Assembly: GCA_013239625.1 (NCBI GenBank)
Contig: MU054220.1
Span: forward strand, 8,467,367 to 8,531,366
Direction of reading: 5' to 3'
Source of the DNA: Lama guanicoe
Lineage: Eukaryota
Length of the DNA stretch: 64,000 nucleotides
The translations under genes were made by a program, and so were the position numbers. The notes beneath the pieces were generated by a model that saw only the letters and a list, made by a program, of their open reading frames with translations, did no database searches and was not told the origin of the DNA. Position 1 is the stretch's first letter, and every line of letters starts with the position of its first letter. Of the stretch, positions 36,233 through 50,879 are shown piece by piece.

Positions 36233-38224
36233 AACCCTTCATCTCAATACATTGTATAAGCCAAGAAGGAATGCAGAGAAAGTTTATCCAGTTCTCTTTA
36301 AGAAATGGGATATTGTAATAACTTTGAACAATGCTAGATCCTTGTAGACCAAGGTTATTAAACCCAAATCACTCTAGTTATTAGATCAAAAAATCAAGGA
36401 AAATATAAAGAAGCAAGAAAGTTACATTTCAATAATTTATACTTAAAGTGGAATAAAAGCATGTTAATGGCAGAAAGTGATTTGCCTCTAAAACAAACAG
36501 AAGGTGCCAGAACTAAAAAGAGACCTAAGAAATTAAATCCACCCATTATATGGAGGGGAGGAAACTGGAAAGTCTTTCTGTGTCTTGAGGGGTGTGTTCT
36601 TCCTGGTTCTGGATAAATGCTAAAGAGAGGAAATAGGGTGAAAGAAATTAGCCTAAATTTGGCTCTGACATTTCACACTTTGGTTAGATTAGGTAGGATT
36701 CTAAATCTTGCTCTAATTATCTATAAAGTAGAAAAGTAACACATCCTATATAAATACTTGTGGACCTGAAAATAATATATATATATAGCATACATTTATT
36801 GGCACCTCTGTCCAAAATAAATAATAAACACACTGCTGCTGTTGTTGTCATTTTTGTTATAACAATAATTATAATGATAGCTATTGTCATATTATCATAC
36901 TCCAAACTGAATCTTCTTTGTATGTTTCCTTTATTACCAAGCCAGTACAATATTTTTTCCCTCCCCTGGCCAAAGATCTAGGATAGTACTATAGTTTCTT
37001 TTTAGGTAGGAATGGAAAAAGGTGAAAGCATTTGAAATAATGTTTATGATGTTAAAGTTATCACATTCACAGATACACACATACCTTATACATACAAACA
37101 CACACACATATATATCTTATGAATATGAGTCAATTTAATAGAAAGAAAAGAGTTTAATCACATGAAGAAAGCTTTTGTTCAGACATGTATTTAAACACTC
37201 AAGATGAAACCATAAAAACATGATGAGTAAGAAACTTCAGACACAAAATAGAACATTTTATTCTAAAGGTAAGACCAACATAAGGTCTTATGTGATAGAG
37301 AAATGTTTGCCCTGGTTAGTGTTACAACCAGAAGGAAGCATGAGGCAGGCTATGGAAACGGTCTTTCTTAATATGTATAGTCAATATGTACTTAACTTAG
37401 TTATGTCTTTTTCTTAATATGTACAGTCAAAACCATCTTTTTCTTAATATGCATAGTGGTTCTGTCTGAAAATTCATAAAGTTGTATGTTTATAATATGT
37501 GCATTTTTCTCTACGTGTTCAGAAAAATATTTAACACAATCATTCTTAAGAAAGTAAGAAAAGTGAGGTTTCTGTCATGCGAGTCCCAAGAATGTTATCA
37601 AACCAATGACTCTCTTTGAAACAGTGGAATATTTACTAAAGCAGAAACACATGCAGGAGAGCAAAATGAGAGATGCAGAAGACACGGTGAAGAAACCAGT
37701 TAGCAAAACATAGTGAAAATGGAATGGAAAGGAAGTGTTCAGTCCATGCTGAAAACATTTCATAAGCAAAGGCTTTATTATGTCTGTATTACAACCGGGC
37801 CAGTCATTAGTTTTATGTTTGGATTGTATACCAAATGATTTTTGTCAGTCAGAGAAATAATTCATGTGTTTCATGAAGCAGTTAAAGCTAAAAGTATATT
37901 AAGTGCATTTTTGTAATATAGATCTGTGTCAGTTAATTTAAGAAAAGAATAAACCAATCAGACTGACCAGTTCTTCGGAAAAAGTTGTAATTCTCTGGCC
38001 CTAGTTGTGGAGGGAAGTTCTCACTCCAGTATCATTTACGTAAGCATTTTATTGTCCGAAAGGGGAAATCTTTGCCATAAAACTCACAGGCTATATCTTA
38101 CTCATCTTTTAAGGTTTTGTAGGTCTTTGTTGGGTCTACGCTGGGGATGTTAGTCACCTCATAGCATATGACTAGAATAACTCTCAAGGGTTTTACTACA
38201 GCCTGGGTTGGGTTTAAATTGACC

Positions 38225-38281
38225 TTTTTTTTTTTTTTTAATTGAAGTGTAGTCAGTTACAATGTGTCAGTTTCTAGTGTT
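38225..38281 (-). mobile_element. Very short L1 3' tip with polyT
   Basis: PolyT followed by AATTGAAGTGTAGTCAGTTACAATGTGTCAGTTTCT, same family as 35978. Confidence 0.75.
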
Positions 38282-39889
38282 TATATCGGTCTTAGTGCCT
38301 TTGTCTTGAACTATGAGGACAGAGCGAGTTTGGCTGATTAAAGCCCATTATCTTTCTTGAGTCACAAGCAAATATTCAAAAGCTGCTTGATTTTATGTGT
38401 TTTCTAAAATCAGTCCTTGAATTCCTGTCTATTTCCCTCAAGGTATCTGCCATAAATGTTGCCAGCTATTTAACAGTGACTGCAGTACCTTGCACAGCCT
38501 CCTGTTTCGTTTATTCTAAATGTGGCATTAGAATTCTAAAGGTCTTATGAATCCCAAATTGCTTTTTTGACATCTAGTTAAGTCTTTTTGTATGTGTGCT
38601 ATTATGAAATTTGTTAAGTAATTCGAAACAGGACAGATGGAAGTCTTAAGAAAATCTTCACCCTTCATGTCCTTAACTAACCCTCTTATGTTATCATCAA
38701 TAAGATCAATACATTGTTCTGTATTCAGAAGACTAACATTTTAACTTTTTTCTTAATTTGTGTTACCCTGGCATTTATTGACATTAACATTTCAAATGTT
38801 TTATTCTATTAAGCTAATCATTTTAAATGATTGAATATAATTCCTAGACCTCTATTAAAACGATAAAAATATAATATTGCTTTGGCTTTATGCTGACATA
38901 AATCATTTACTATTTATTAGTCTGTGGATGACCTTGATGATGGAGTTGCATGAACTTCATAAGAAAACATATAGATAACATATCCAGAGAAGAAGAAAAA
39001 CAAAAATAATAAGCTGTTACAGAGATCATAATTCCTGACAATTTTGGATTTTATGCTGCTAAATAGGTTAAAGAATGAACTCGAGGGAAAGAATTCTGAA
39101 ATATCATCCAAAGCAAACTCCAGCCAAATATCTCAGGTTGTGAAATTATCAGGTTGGAACCAACTAAGCAAGACTGGAATAACTAGATGGACCTCTCAAA
39201 GGACTGCTTTTGGCAATGGCTACTCTGCATGTTTTTGTTTTTGTTTTTGCTTTGTTTTTTTCTTCCAGTTTGGGTATCAAAAACCTCTGAAAATTAGAGC
39301 TACACTGAATTTGGCTTATTCAATGCATAAATAAAATAAAAGTTCTAGGTTTAATTATCAAAGTAGTTTTATAATAACACATAGTTTGTTGCCTTCAAAA
39401 TGAGCAATAGTAAACTATTAAATATTGGGACTTCCCTACAATATACCTTTGAGTTCCTGACTTCAAAACATATTCTTTTGTGAGATAGTCAATAAATTAT
39501 CTTCATACTAAATAGCTTTTGATGTCCTCAGAAATTTGGTAATTTCAAATTTGATTTGTAATAATCTGAGTCTTAAAATCCTTGAACAAAGATACTAAAT
39601 AAATAGCAAAGCTTTCATCTCTCATATGTCAGACCTAAGTTGGGGTAAATGTTTTATTGATTTCAATATTTTCTAAAATTGAATATCAAATATTAGGCCT
39701 TTAAAATATGGTTTCCATAATTCATTTTATGTTATTTGAAGTAATGTTATTTGATTTTATCTCCCATTTTTATTTGATTTTCTTATTTTCCTTTTTCTCC
39801 CTGATTATAAAATAAAATTAGGTACAAAAATGTCCAGATTATTAGGATGAAATAAAACAAAGTAGAAGATAAAAGAAAGGGAACTTTCC

Positions 39890-40130
39890 CTTTCCTACCG
39901 TACATGAAGTGCAATCACTTGCGTTTATTTTCACTTGACTCTCACAATAGCTCATAATGCATAAATTTTATTCTCATTTTTTACATGTTGAAACTGGGAC
40001 TGAAAGGAGGGTAAGGATGGTGAAGTAACGTGTTCGTTTCCACAAAGGGAGGACATGGAGGACCTTGGAGTCAAGATCGAGTTACTTTGATAGCAAAGCC
40101 CTTGCACAGTTCATAACATCACACTATTTT
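39890..40130 (-). mobile_element. MIR fragment
   Basis: CTCTCACAATAGCTC...ATTCTCATTTTTTACATGTTGAAACTGGGACT...GTGAAGTAACGTGTTC. Confidence 0.6.
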
Positions 40131-41167
40131 CTGAGATAAACTTTGGTAGATGTATGTTTGTTCACTTATGGTAAAAAATATCTAATAAAGTTTATGAGAA
40201 TTAAATGTTAGATCTTCCCTTTGGTGATAAGACAAAGAAGATTACATTCCTACTGTATTTTTATTGTGGTCTATGGAAAGAAAGAATATTAGGAGGACTT
40301 TGACAAGAGGTCAATTTAGGTTAGAATTTATTGGGGTTAGCAGAGATGGAATTGTGTGATCATTTACATTTTAAGTTAAAAATGCAAGGGCAATGTATAG
40401 CCATACTTAGAGTCTTGAACGCTAAAAGTTTGAGGGATAATGGTTCAGGTTGTTTGGAGTAGATGGTCAGGAGTTACCTGTTAGAAGTTTAGCTGTTCCT
40501 AAACTGTTAGAAGCTGGTTTAGGAAATACCTGGTCATGTTTGTAATATGTAAACTGCTGGCGTTTATGTGTCTATGGCATCCTCTTCAAGGGAATTAATT
40601 GAAGATTCTTTTAAGTATCCAAGCACAGTGGTGGGATGACCAAATTACAGAGGATGACTGAATTAATCCAATCTTTACAAATTAGGGAGGGAAATTAAGG
40701 AATAATACATATGGAAGACACACACACCCCCCCAACACACAATGGATTTTAAATGGAAGGCACAATCCCAAAGTTGATGTCTTTGCAGTAAGATGGTAAT
40801 CATTTTTACATTTAACAACGCAAAAGCAATCAGAAGAGAGACCAATCAATGAAGGGTGGTGTTTTCAGGGAAGAAATTGAGAAATACTGATGGGCAAGGA
40901 GAAATCAGTTGGAGAGAAAAAGAGGCCATGACAGGCAAATATTTCTTTAACTTAAGTACTTATGTCTTTAAAAAAATATATGGTTTACCATCATCCATGC
41001 CATCAATCAAGATAGAACCTGAGATTGACTTTCGGGTGACTATTATAAAAATGGTATCACAAATTTGGGGCCCTTGTCCATCTAAATAGATTAGATAACT
41101 AGCATGTGTAACAGACATTATATAACATTATCATTTTTTAAAAGTCTAGTACAGTTGTCTAAAGAAG

Positions 41168-41712
41168 TGCAGAAAAGAGTTAACAGAGTATCCCTGAGAT
41201 TGCTATCCTCAGAAAGGTCTCCCTTCAAGGCTAGCTCTTGTCTAGAAGCTAGGAACAGGCATGGTAAATAGCTGCCTACACTGATTACAAGATACTCCTT
41301 AAATGATGAGAGCAGCTCCCTGTGCCTGGCCTGGGCAAACAACGTGGTTTATGGTGAACACCTGCTTTTCTTCTGGAAATCTGGATTTTGGTACATATTA
41401 GGTTGAGGATGCTGTGACAAGCCCCTGGTAGGAACTTAGGCCTCTGACTCTCTGATGATGCTAGATAACATTTTAGACATTTTGTCACAATTTGATGTTG
41501 GAGAAACTAAGCACATGTAGTGTGATGCTTCAGGAGAAGACCCTTGGAAACTTGCAGTTGGTTTCTTCTGGAGTCCTCTCTGTCCTTTGTTGATTGTGCC
41601 TTGCATCTTTTGCTGTTATAAATTACAGTGAAGAGGACGATATAGGTTGAGTCCTCTGAGTGTTCCTAGTGAACCATCAAACATAAGGATGGTCTTGTGG
41701 ACTCCCAACACA
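41168..41712 (+). mobile_element. MER68/MER77-like (MER21 group) solo LTR
   Basis: TG...CA ends; CCTGAGATTGCTATCCTCAGAAAGG, CAAACAACGTGGTTTATGGTGAACACCTGCTTT, GATGGTCTTGTGGACTCCCAACACA. Confidence 0.8.
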
Positions 41713-44574
41713 ATGAAAGCAAAGGAAACAAAGGAAAGAAAAAAAAAATCGGCAATAGCATTTCAAGGGAAAAAAGATGAGAATGTGTCAAAACTCAAGG
41801 ATTACGATTAATCCAATTCTTTGCACCTAAAGGAAATCTGAATGTTGAACAACATCACAGGAAATTATATAGGACCTATAAGTTTCCTGTTCCACATGTG
41901 TCTAGACATTTGATCATATCAGTAATTTCCCACTTCCTGTCTGGCTTCTCCATACTCCTGACAATAGAAATGAATCTAGATGTGCTTAAAGGATCCAAAT
42001 CTCCCAGTATTCTTTCTTACAAATTGAAAAGAGTGTTGATTAAAGTTCTGGGCATGAGACTTTAAGCATATGAGTCCATAGCTATGGGTGGAATCTAGAG
42101 GTTGTAATTTATTTTGGAATCCATGGTATTGTAGCCATTCTTCAGAGAAAAAGATGGAGACCAGTAACCAAGAGACACTGAGTGTTCAAATTTCAGGCAA
42201 AGAAAAAGGAAATTTTAGATGAGTAGATTGAGCAAATGTGGAGCAATTATGGTAAGATTCCAGGTTTCACCAACATATGAAAATACACAAGACAAACATA
42301 GATGAGAGAATGCTGCATAAATGAACTGATGGAAAACGGAATTCAGTTTTAAATGATAACTTTTGGCAGAGTGGAGACTACAAGGTTAGCTTGAGAACAG
42401 GAATGTGATGGAGTGGGATGTTTGGAGAGGCTTTCTTCTGTAATTTCTTATTTTCAAATATATAGTAGATAAGTGACATTACATTAAAAATGTGTCAGGA
42501 TGGCATCTAGACTTAGGATAAGAAAACAGTAATTTTTCCTCTGGCAAAGAAGCTAAAATTGACAAGAAATGGCATTTCATAGATACCAAGTGCAGCCTGG
42601 TGACAGGCTGGGCATATAAAGTGAACAAAAAATGGGACTTTTATAGGAAAGAAGTAATATATTAGACACAGACAATTTCATTTAAATGTTTTAAATCATT
42701 TCTCTATGCTTAAAACAGTGGCAGATTAAACAAAAATCTTTCTAAACTTTACATCTTGAACATTTCACACACTACATCCCTGGAAAAAGCCAGTCACAAG
42801 GAGATCATACTAAGGGAAGGAAAGTTACAACCTTTTTTTATTCCTGTTCTTAGAGTATCTACCCTCAAAAAATATGAAAGAATAAGGATATTATTTCAGC
42901 ATGAAATAGATAACCAAGTAGTAAATCTCTCTCTGTCTCCATACATAATGTGTATATGTGTGTTGTCTGTGTTTTTTCTTCAAGATATCTTAATTCAAAT
43001 AGTAACATGAGGATATTTGCATATTCCACTTCATAGTTATCTTAATAATTTTCTTGATGCAAACAATTATATGCAATTATATTTTTCGCACATTTCTTGA
43101 TTTAATTTATTTTCTTAAATACACAGTCAAATAGAAAACCATGCAGATTGGAATCCATACAAGCAGAATGATGCACAAATCTTGTTGCCGTCAGTGTGCA
43201 CCCCTTTCCATGCATTGCTCTTGGAACTTTCTTGACATCCAGGCTACATGGTTGGAGACGCAGAATAATTAGTGAGCAAAGCAGGGCCATACTACCAATA
43301 TGACTATTTTGGATTGAAATATTTGTATTCTCCTTAATGCAATCTGAAGTAGAAGATAGTGGTTAAGGTCTCACCACTGGCTGACTGCTAGTGGAATGAC
43401 AGGCAAAAAAAAATCCCTTAAGAAATTCATAATAAGAAAAGAAAAGCTAGTTAATTTTTTAACCATGAATCGGAAATAAAAGACAATTTTAGTGCAGTGA
43501 TAATAATCAATAGTAAAACAGTACTCATTCAACTATCTAATTTGATTTCTCAAGGGATGGAGAAGAGGGAGGGTTGATAAAGTTTAGATGTTGGAATCTT
43601 TATCTACCCCATCCAGTAATTTTAATGACCCCTTGAAGGATACCTCTACAGGAATAACTGAAACATTTAAAAAAGAGAAACGTTCTACTAATTTCTTGCC
43701 CTGGCATCTGAGATGGCCCCTCTCACATACTGCATATGTCATTAATAGCAAAAGTCTCTTTACAAAATTCTCTCCTTGATTCTTTATAGCAGACTCAGCA
43801 AATTGTTAGCAGCCAATGTCCAAAAACTCAAAAGATAAGAACAGACATTTTGAACTCAGTTGACTGGTGAGTTTAATTTCAGTCCTAGGTACAGATTATC
43901 AAAGAGATTGACTGGAAACATTAAATAGGAAACCAGAGGTCCAAAGTTCATAAGAAATCATAAGCCTTCTAAGGAATACATCTTGTAAAGTTAATCTCAT
44001 TCCTTTATTGAGAAATAAAAGGAATTACTTAGAAAGTGCATTGTGACTTCAAAAGATTGTAAAGTTCTATTCAGGTATCACTGTGAATAAAGCAAACAAA
44101 GTGTGTGTGTGTTGGAGGGGCAGAAGTTTATGTTAAAAACTTTTAGAAAAAATAGAATGATTTATAAATATTAGTATTAATTACAACTGATACAATCCTT
44201 AATATGTACCAAATATATTTTACATTGATTGAAGTTTAGACAGGGTAAGAATCTTCTTTATGTTCACGTACCTAACAAGTGACAAAAATATATCAAAAAA
44301 AAAAAAAAAAGAAAACAAAATCCTGCTGGCTATCATTCTGAAGAAGAACTTTTGGATTTGAGATCTAAGTTTTTCCTAGCCTCTCTCCTACTTAACATAC
44401 CTTAGTAGAATACAGAGGAGGACATATACATAAACCTATAAGAAACATGATATGCATTTAACAGAAAAAAATGTAAAAGAACTAAGACATTTTAGAGACA
44501 TTCTTTCAGTAAGATTAATTTTAATAGGCAAAAATATGAGATTTGCAGTTAATTTCAAATGCTTATGAGTAAAT

Positions 44575-45650
44575 TACTTTATTCCAGGTATGCAAGGATG
44601 GTTCAATATTTGAAAATCAATTCGTGTAATCTAGCACATCAACGCGCTAAACAGAATAATCATACAATCACAGCAATTGATGCAGAAAACTCATCTGACA
44701 AAATACAACTCCAATTCATGGTAAAACAAACTTGGAAAAAAGAGGAACTTTCTCTACATTATAAAAATATCTACAAAAGACCAACAGCTAATATAATACT
44801 TAATGGTGAGAGATTGGATGTTTTCCACGTTCTACACTCCAAGGATATCATCTCTTACAATGCTTATTCAGTATTGTACTAAAAGCCCTATTAAGTTCAA
44901 TAATACAAGGAAAGAAAAGAAAATGCATACAGATGGGAATATGAAATAATAAATGTCTTTATGTCTTTCTTCACAGATGACATGATTGTCTGTATAAAAA
45001 TGTGTTTAATTGTCCAAAAGTTCAATTTACAATAACAACAAAAAATGAAGTTCTTGGGTATAAATCTAACAAAATATGTATAAGATCTGCATGCAGAAAA
45101 TCATAAAACATGGATTTAAGTCATCAAAAAAGATCTAAATAATTGAAGAGATAGTCTGTGTTCATAGATTAGAAAACTCGATATCATTAACATGCCAATG
45201 CTTCTGAACTTAATCTATAGATTCAATACACTCCAAATCAAAATCCTAGCAACCTCTTTTGTTGATATTGGTAAGATAATTCCAACGTGTATATGGAAAA
45301 TAAAAGAAACTAAAATAGGCAACAGAGGAGTGAATCAGTGTCCGAGGACTCATACTACCAATTTCAAGACTCATAAAGCTACGGTAACCAAGGTGGTATT
45401 ATATTAGCAAAAGATACATAGATCACTGGAACAAAAGAGAGTCCACAATTAGACTTGCACAAATATAATTAGCTGATTATTGACAGAGGTATAAAAGCTC
45501 CTTAACAGAGAAAGAATAGGCTTTTTAACAAATGGTTCTAGAAAATTTGATATTGATATGCAAAAAAACAAAAGAACCTAGACACAGACCTTATACATTT
45601 CACAAAAATTGACTCAAAATGGATCATAGACCTAAATGTAAAATGCAATC
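44575..45650 (+). mobile_element. L1 ORF2 remnant (RT region) with stops, frameshifts and internal deletions
   Basis: TTTATTCCAGGTATGCAAGGATGGTTCAATAT (FIPGMQGWFN), TTCACAGATGACATGATT (FTDDMI at the FADDMI motif), AAAATGGATCATAGACCTAAATGTAAAA. Confidence 0.9.
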
Positions 45651-46004
45651 TCTGAAATATTTTTAAGCAATTAGACATACAAACCTTTATTTAATAATCT
45701 GGTTAAAAAAAAAAAAGTTGTACTCTGGTGGAATAACGTATTCCCTACTTCAGCAGAAAGCAAACACTGTGTTTGAAAAGCTCCTGCCTAAGATTTGGAG
45801 CTGCGTCACCCTCGGCCAGCTTCCTGATGCCCTCAGGGTCTGAGCCCTGCTGTAGAGCAGTTGGTTTCCTGCTCCTCCGAGCAATACTCTCTGACTGGCT
45901 GCGACCCCTCACCCAGCAGGAGACCAGGGGAGGAACACAGCTTTACCTGGACAGGCTGCCCTTACAGTTTGCCCCTTCCCCTCCTACCAGAGAGAATTTA
46001 CAGG

Positions 46005-46165
46005 ATTAAAACTTGAATTTCCTATCATTTTAAGTACAAAATATTATTCTTTGATTTTTTTTTAACTATTTAAACAGGTAAAAACCATGTTCTAAGCTCA
46101 CAAGAAGTACAAAAACAGGAAGCAGTTCAAAGCTGGCTGACAGACTATAGTTCACCAATCCCTGG
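46005..46165 (+). mobile_element. MER58B 3' part
   Basis: TTGAATTTCCTATCATTTT...AAATATTATTCTTTGATTTTT...AAAAACAGG...TATAGTTCACCAATCCCTG. Confidence 0.7.
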
Positions 46166-47661
46166 TGTAAAGAAATAACCACCCTTATGGTTCTGCATCC
46201 AAGTGGGTTCCAGGTTCCTGGTTAGAGGTTAAGAAAGACAGCCAGAGGACAGGCAGTGAGGTTTTTTTTTTTGGTTTTGTTTTTGTTTTTCCCTCCATTG
46301 GCTTTTCAGAAGATCTGAGAAAATTTTAGGAGGGAAAGCCATGTGCAGGTGAGAACAGGGAGAGGGATGAGTGAAAGTCCCCAAGGTCGGGAAGGAAACG
46401 TGGTCTGGGGGCTCCCTAAACATGGTGCCTGGGCCTGTGCTTCTGCCTGTAAGCCAGCAGCCGCGCCATTGGCTTAACGGGCTATGCAGTGAGCCCAGAA
46501 CATTCTGCCCTTAGGAATCATGGCCAGAGGGACCTACTCAACTATTCACTTTGGAGGGGTACCACATAAAAAGTAGAAACATAATAGCATAATAAACTGT
46601 TATAATTAATGTATTTATGTGCACAGGTATGAGATATATATGTAAATAACCTGTATTTATATATAAATTAGGTTGATGTAAACAAAGCATCCAAGGGTAC
46701 GCTTTACTGCAGGGATGGGAGAAACAGGAATATAAGGACTTTGTGCCATTTAAACCCTGAAGAGGGCTTCTGTCTAGTCTGTTGAGAGTGGCAGCACCAT
46801 CGCACTCAAAGACATTTGTCCGAGGGGAAAGCAATTCTGTCTCTATTGCAATATTCAATACGTTCAATAGGCTGAAATCAAGTAAAGCGCCAAGGGTATT
46901 CATGGCTGGGAAAAGTATAAGTAAGACAAATGGAAATAAGAATGACCATGGTTTATTTACTCAAACGTGAATCGAATGCCAATGCTAGCTTTCTCTCATT
47001 GCATTACTCAAGAATTGCCTAATTACCCCTCAAAAGAAAAGGATATGCCTTGTTCATAGATTCTTTGAGTACTTTCTTTGCAATACAACACGTATCAGTG
47101 ATTTCAGCTGGCCAAGAAGTTCAAATTTGACTCTAAATTCAAAGCTTTTTCTAAATGTCTTTAGCGTTTTTCCCTTAGTATTTGAAATATCTTAAAGGCT
47201 GTTTATTTCAATTCTTGAAAGCCAATTAAAAACTCTCCTGTTGGCTCCAGTAGAGGCCTCCTACGTACCTCAAAAAAGTTCCTGGTTGAGAAATAATTTA
47301 ATGAGAATAAAGCAGTGAGTTTCTAACCAGCTTTAAAGTGACATGCACTGGGCAGGGAGGATGGGTCATTGCTTTCAGGAGTAAAGGAGAGAAGAGAATC
47401 CATTTCCTCTCTTGCATTTTAATATTTGATTCATTTTATGAAATGGCATTGAGCAGCTTGGAAAGAAAATAAAGACCCCTGGGGTTTTTATAAAACTACA
47501 GACTAAGAGTTTTAGTCACAGGCCCTATACCCTAGAGTGACATTGATCATTGTAATCCATTTTATAGTATCTCAAAATGTGTTCCTGGAAAACACAATGT
47601 AATTTATTCTTTCTTGAAGACCCCAATTGCATGCATAGTATCACATTTATAGCTGTAAACT

Positions 47662-48122
47662 CTTTTCTTACTTTTAAAAATTTTTACTGAAGTATAGGCA
47701 GTTATAATGTGTCAACCTCTGGTGTACAGCATGATGTCCCAGTCATATATATATATATATATATATTTGTTCTCATATTCTTTTTCATTAAAGGTTATTA
47801 CAAGATATTGACTATAGTCCCCTGTGCTATACAGAAGAAATTGTTTTTTATCTATTTTTATATATAGTAGCTAATATTTGCAGATCTTGAACTCCTTAAT
47901 TATCTCTTCCCATTCCCTTCCTCCAGATAACCCCCAAGATTGTATACTATGTCTGCAAATCTGTTTCTATTTTGTAGATGAGTTCATTATTGTCTTTTTC
48001 CTTTTTTTTTTTTTTTTTTTTTTTTTCACATTTGAAAGATATCCTATGGTATTTTTCTTTCTCTTTCTGGCTTACTTCACTTAGAATGATGATCTCCAGG
48101 TCCATCCATGTTGCTGCTAATG
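47662..48122 (-). mobile_element. Young L1 3' end, 5'-truncated, with internal (TA)n and polyT
   Basis: TTACTGAAGTATAGGCAGTTATAATGTGTC...CTGGCTTACTTCACTTAGAATGATGATCTCCAGGTCCATCCATGTTGCTGC. Confidence 0.9.
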
Positions 48123-48529
48123 ATGGTAGAAATACCGAGGCAGTGTGGTTTCAATGAAACAAATGGAAGATTTTTTTTTTTATTGTGAAATTATTTTGAG
48201 GTAAATTAAGATTTGGGGGTATATTGACCTAATTAGATTTGTGGCCAACCCAAGACTTAGTCCCTGTACATAGCTTCTTCCAAAATCCATTCTACATGGT
48301 TTTCAGCATTCTTCTATCCTGTATTCTGAGGACCAGAAAACATGATTGAATCGGTTCACCAATTGCTGGATGCTAGCGAGCAAGCTATGTGCCAAACACT
48401 TATGCCAGACAACAACAGATTTTCAGGCACGAGAGCAATTTTCTCCTGACCCTAAGGTGCCCACAGAGAACTGGAGATTCAGATACATATTTAAATACCT
48501 ATCTATCTACCCACTTACCTATGTATCTG

Positions 48530-50875
48530 TCTGACTTTATTTTTCAGAACCATGTTAGATTGACAGCAATATTGAGTAGAAGGGATAAAAATTTCCCATA
48601 TATCCTCTGCTTTCACACATGCTAAGCTTCTCCTATTATGAACATCCTCCACCAGCCTGGTACATTTGTCACAACTGATGAACCCACAGGCGCTCATTAT
48701 TATCACCATGGTTTGCATTAAAGTTCATTCTTAGTTTTCTATGTTCTGCTGGTTTGGACAAATGTATCTACCATTATAGTATTATACAAAGTAGTTCATT
48801 GCTTTAAAAATCTTCTGTGTCCCACCTATTCATCCCTCCATTCAACCTAATCCCTGGTAACCATTGATCTTTTTATTGCTTCCACATTTTTGCCTTTTCC
48901 AGAATATCATATTGTTGAAATCAAACAGTACGTAGCCTTTAAGATTAGTTTCTTTCAGTTAGTAATATGCATTTGTTTCCCCCATGTATTTTCACAGTAT
49001 GATAACTCATTTCTTTTTAGTGTTGAATAATGTTCCATTGTCCGAATGCATCACAGTTTATTTATCCAATCACCTACTCAAGGGCATTTTGGTTGCTTTC
49101 AAGTTTGGGCAATTATGAATAAAGCTATTGTGTTAATTAGGGAATCAGGATTCTCTAGAGAAACAGAGTCAACTGGATATATATGTGTGTGTGTGTATGT
49201 GTGTGTGTGTGTTTGTGTGTAGACAGAGAGAGTGCATGAGCGAGCACAATACTATGACACATTGGCTACGTGATTATATAGTCTGAAAAATACCGCAATC
49301 TGCTGTCTACAAGTTGGAGACCCAGGAAAGATGGTAGAGGAATTCAGTTCAAGTCTGAAGGCTTGAGAATCAGGAGACCCAATGACTTAAATTCCAGTCC
49401 AAGGGCAGGAAAAGATGAGATGAGGTGTATCAGCACAGCACTGAGGCAGGAAAAAAGGCGCAAATCCCTCCTTCCCCTGCTTTTTGTTCTCTTCAGGCCT
49501 TTAATGGATTGGATGATGCGCAACACATTAACAAGGAAAATCTCCTGCACTGAATCCACCAGTTCAAATGCTAACCTTATCACACCCATGCTAACCCTCA
49601 CAGACAAATCCAGAAATAAAGTTGAATCTGAGCCCCCTGTGGCAAATCAATTTGACACGTAAAATTATCCTTAATAAGTGTTATAAACATGACTGCAGAC
49701 TTTTGTATGGATGGATATGAGTTTCCAATTCTTTTGTATAAATACCAAGTAGTGCGATTGCTGAATAGTATTTTAAGAGTATGTTTAGTTTTATAAGAAA
49801 CTGCAAACCTATATAGTAGTATCGCATTGCTTTAATTTACATTTGTCTAATGCCATATGATGTGGGGCATTTTTAAATATATTTATTTGTCACCTGTATA
49901 TCTTTTTGGCAAAGTTACATTAAGATTTTTGCTACATTTTTAAATCAGATTGTTTACTTATTGTTGAGTTTTAAGCTTTCTTTTTATCTTTTGGAACACA
50001 GTCCTTTATTGGAGATACCTTTTGTTAGTATTTTATTTTATTCTATTGGCTGTATCTCTTATAGAGTAGAATTCTTAAATTTTAATAAAGTTCAGTTTTC
50101 AATTATTTTCTTCATGGATCTTGCCTTTGGTGTTTTATCTGTAAAGTCATAATCATATTTAAAGTCATCCAGATTTTTCCCAAGTTATCTTCTAGGAGCT
50201 TCATAGTTTTGCATTTCACATTTAGGTCTATGATTTATGTTGAATTAATTTTATGAAAGGTGTAAAGTCTATGTCCAGATCTTTTTTTTTCCTTGCATGT
50301 AGATGTGCACTTGTTCCAATATTTGTTAAATATTATCTTTCTCTATCATATTACCTCTGTTCCTTTGTCAAATATCAATTGACTACATTTATGTGGCTCT
50401 ATTTCTGGACTCTCTTGTTCCATTGATCTAATTGCTTTTTTCTTTTATAAATATCACATTGTCTTGATTACCACTGCTTTATAGTAAGTCTTGAAGTCAA
50501 TTAGCATCAGTCTTCCAACTTTGTTCTTTGATATTGTGCTGGCTGTTCTAGGTAATTTGACTCTTCATATAAACTTTAGGGTCAGTGTGTTTATATCCAC
50601 AAAGTAACCTGCTGGGTTTGATTGCATCTGCATTGACTCTACAGCTCAAATTGGGAAAAACTAAATTGTCTACAGTATTGAGCCTTCTTATATGGAAGGT
50701 CTCTCCATTTATGTAGCTCTTTGATTTCATTCTTTAAATTTTTTGTTTTCCTCATATTGATCTTAAACATATTTTGTTAGATTTAAACCTAAATATTTTA
50801 TTGGGGGAGGATGCTAATGTAAATGGTGCATGTGTTAATTTCAAATTCCACTTGTTCATTGCTGATGTATAGGGA
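48530..50875 (-). mobile_element. L1MC1-like element (3'UTR plus ORF2 end), interrupted by MLT2
   Basis: TTTCCCATATATCCTCTGC...GGTACATTTGTCACAACTGATGAACC (L1MC 3' end); ORF2-like TTTCACATTTAGGTCTATGAT and CTTTATAGTAAGTCTTGAAGTC. Confidence 0.85.
49130..49672 (-). mobile_element. MLT2B-type ERVL solo LTR with internal (TG)n
   Basis: CAGGATTCTCTAGAGAAACAGA, TGGAGACCCAGGAAAG, CAGGCCTTTAATGGATTGGATGATG, TTGACACGTAAAATTA. Confidence 0.88.
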
Positions 50876-50879
50876 AGTT

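Noticed and set aside
44559..45407. Functional reverse-transcriptase gene
   Set aside because: Decayed L1 ORF2 with stops, frameshifts and internal deletions.
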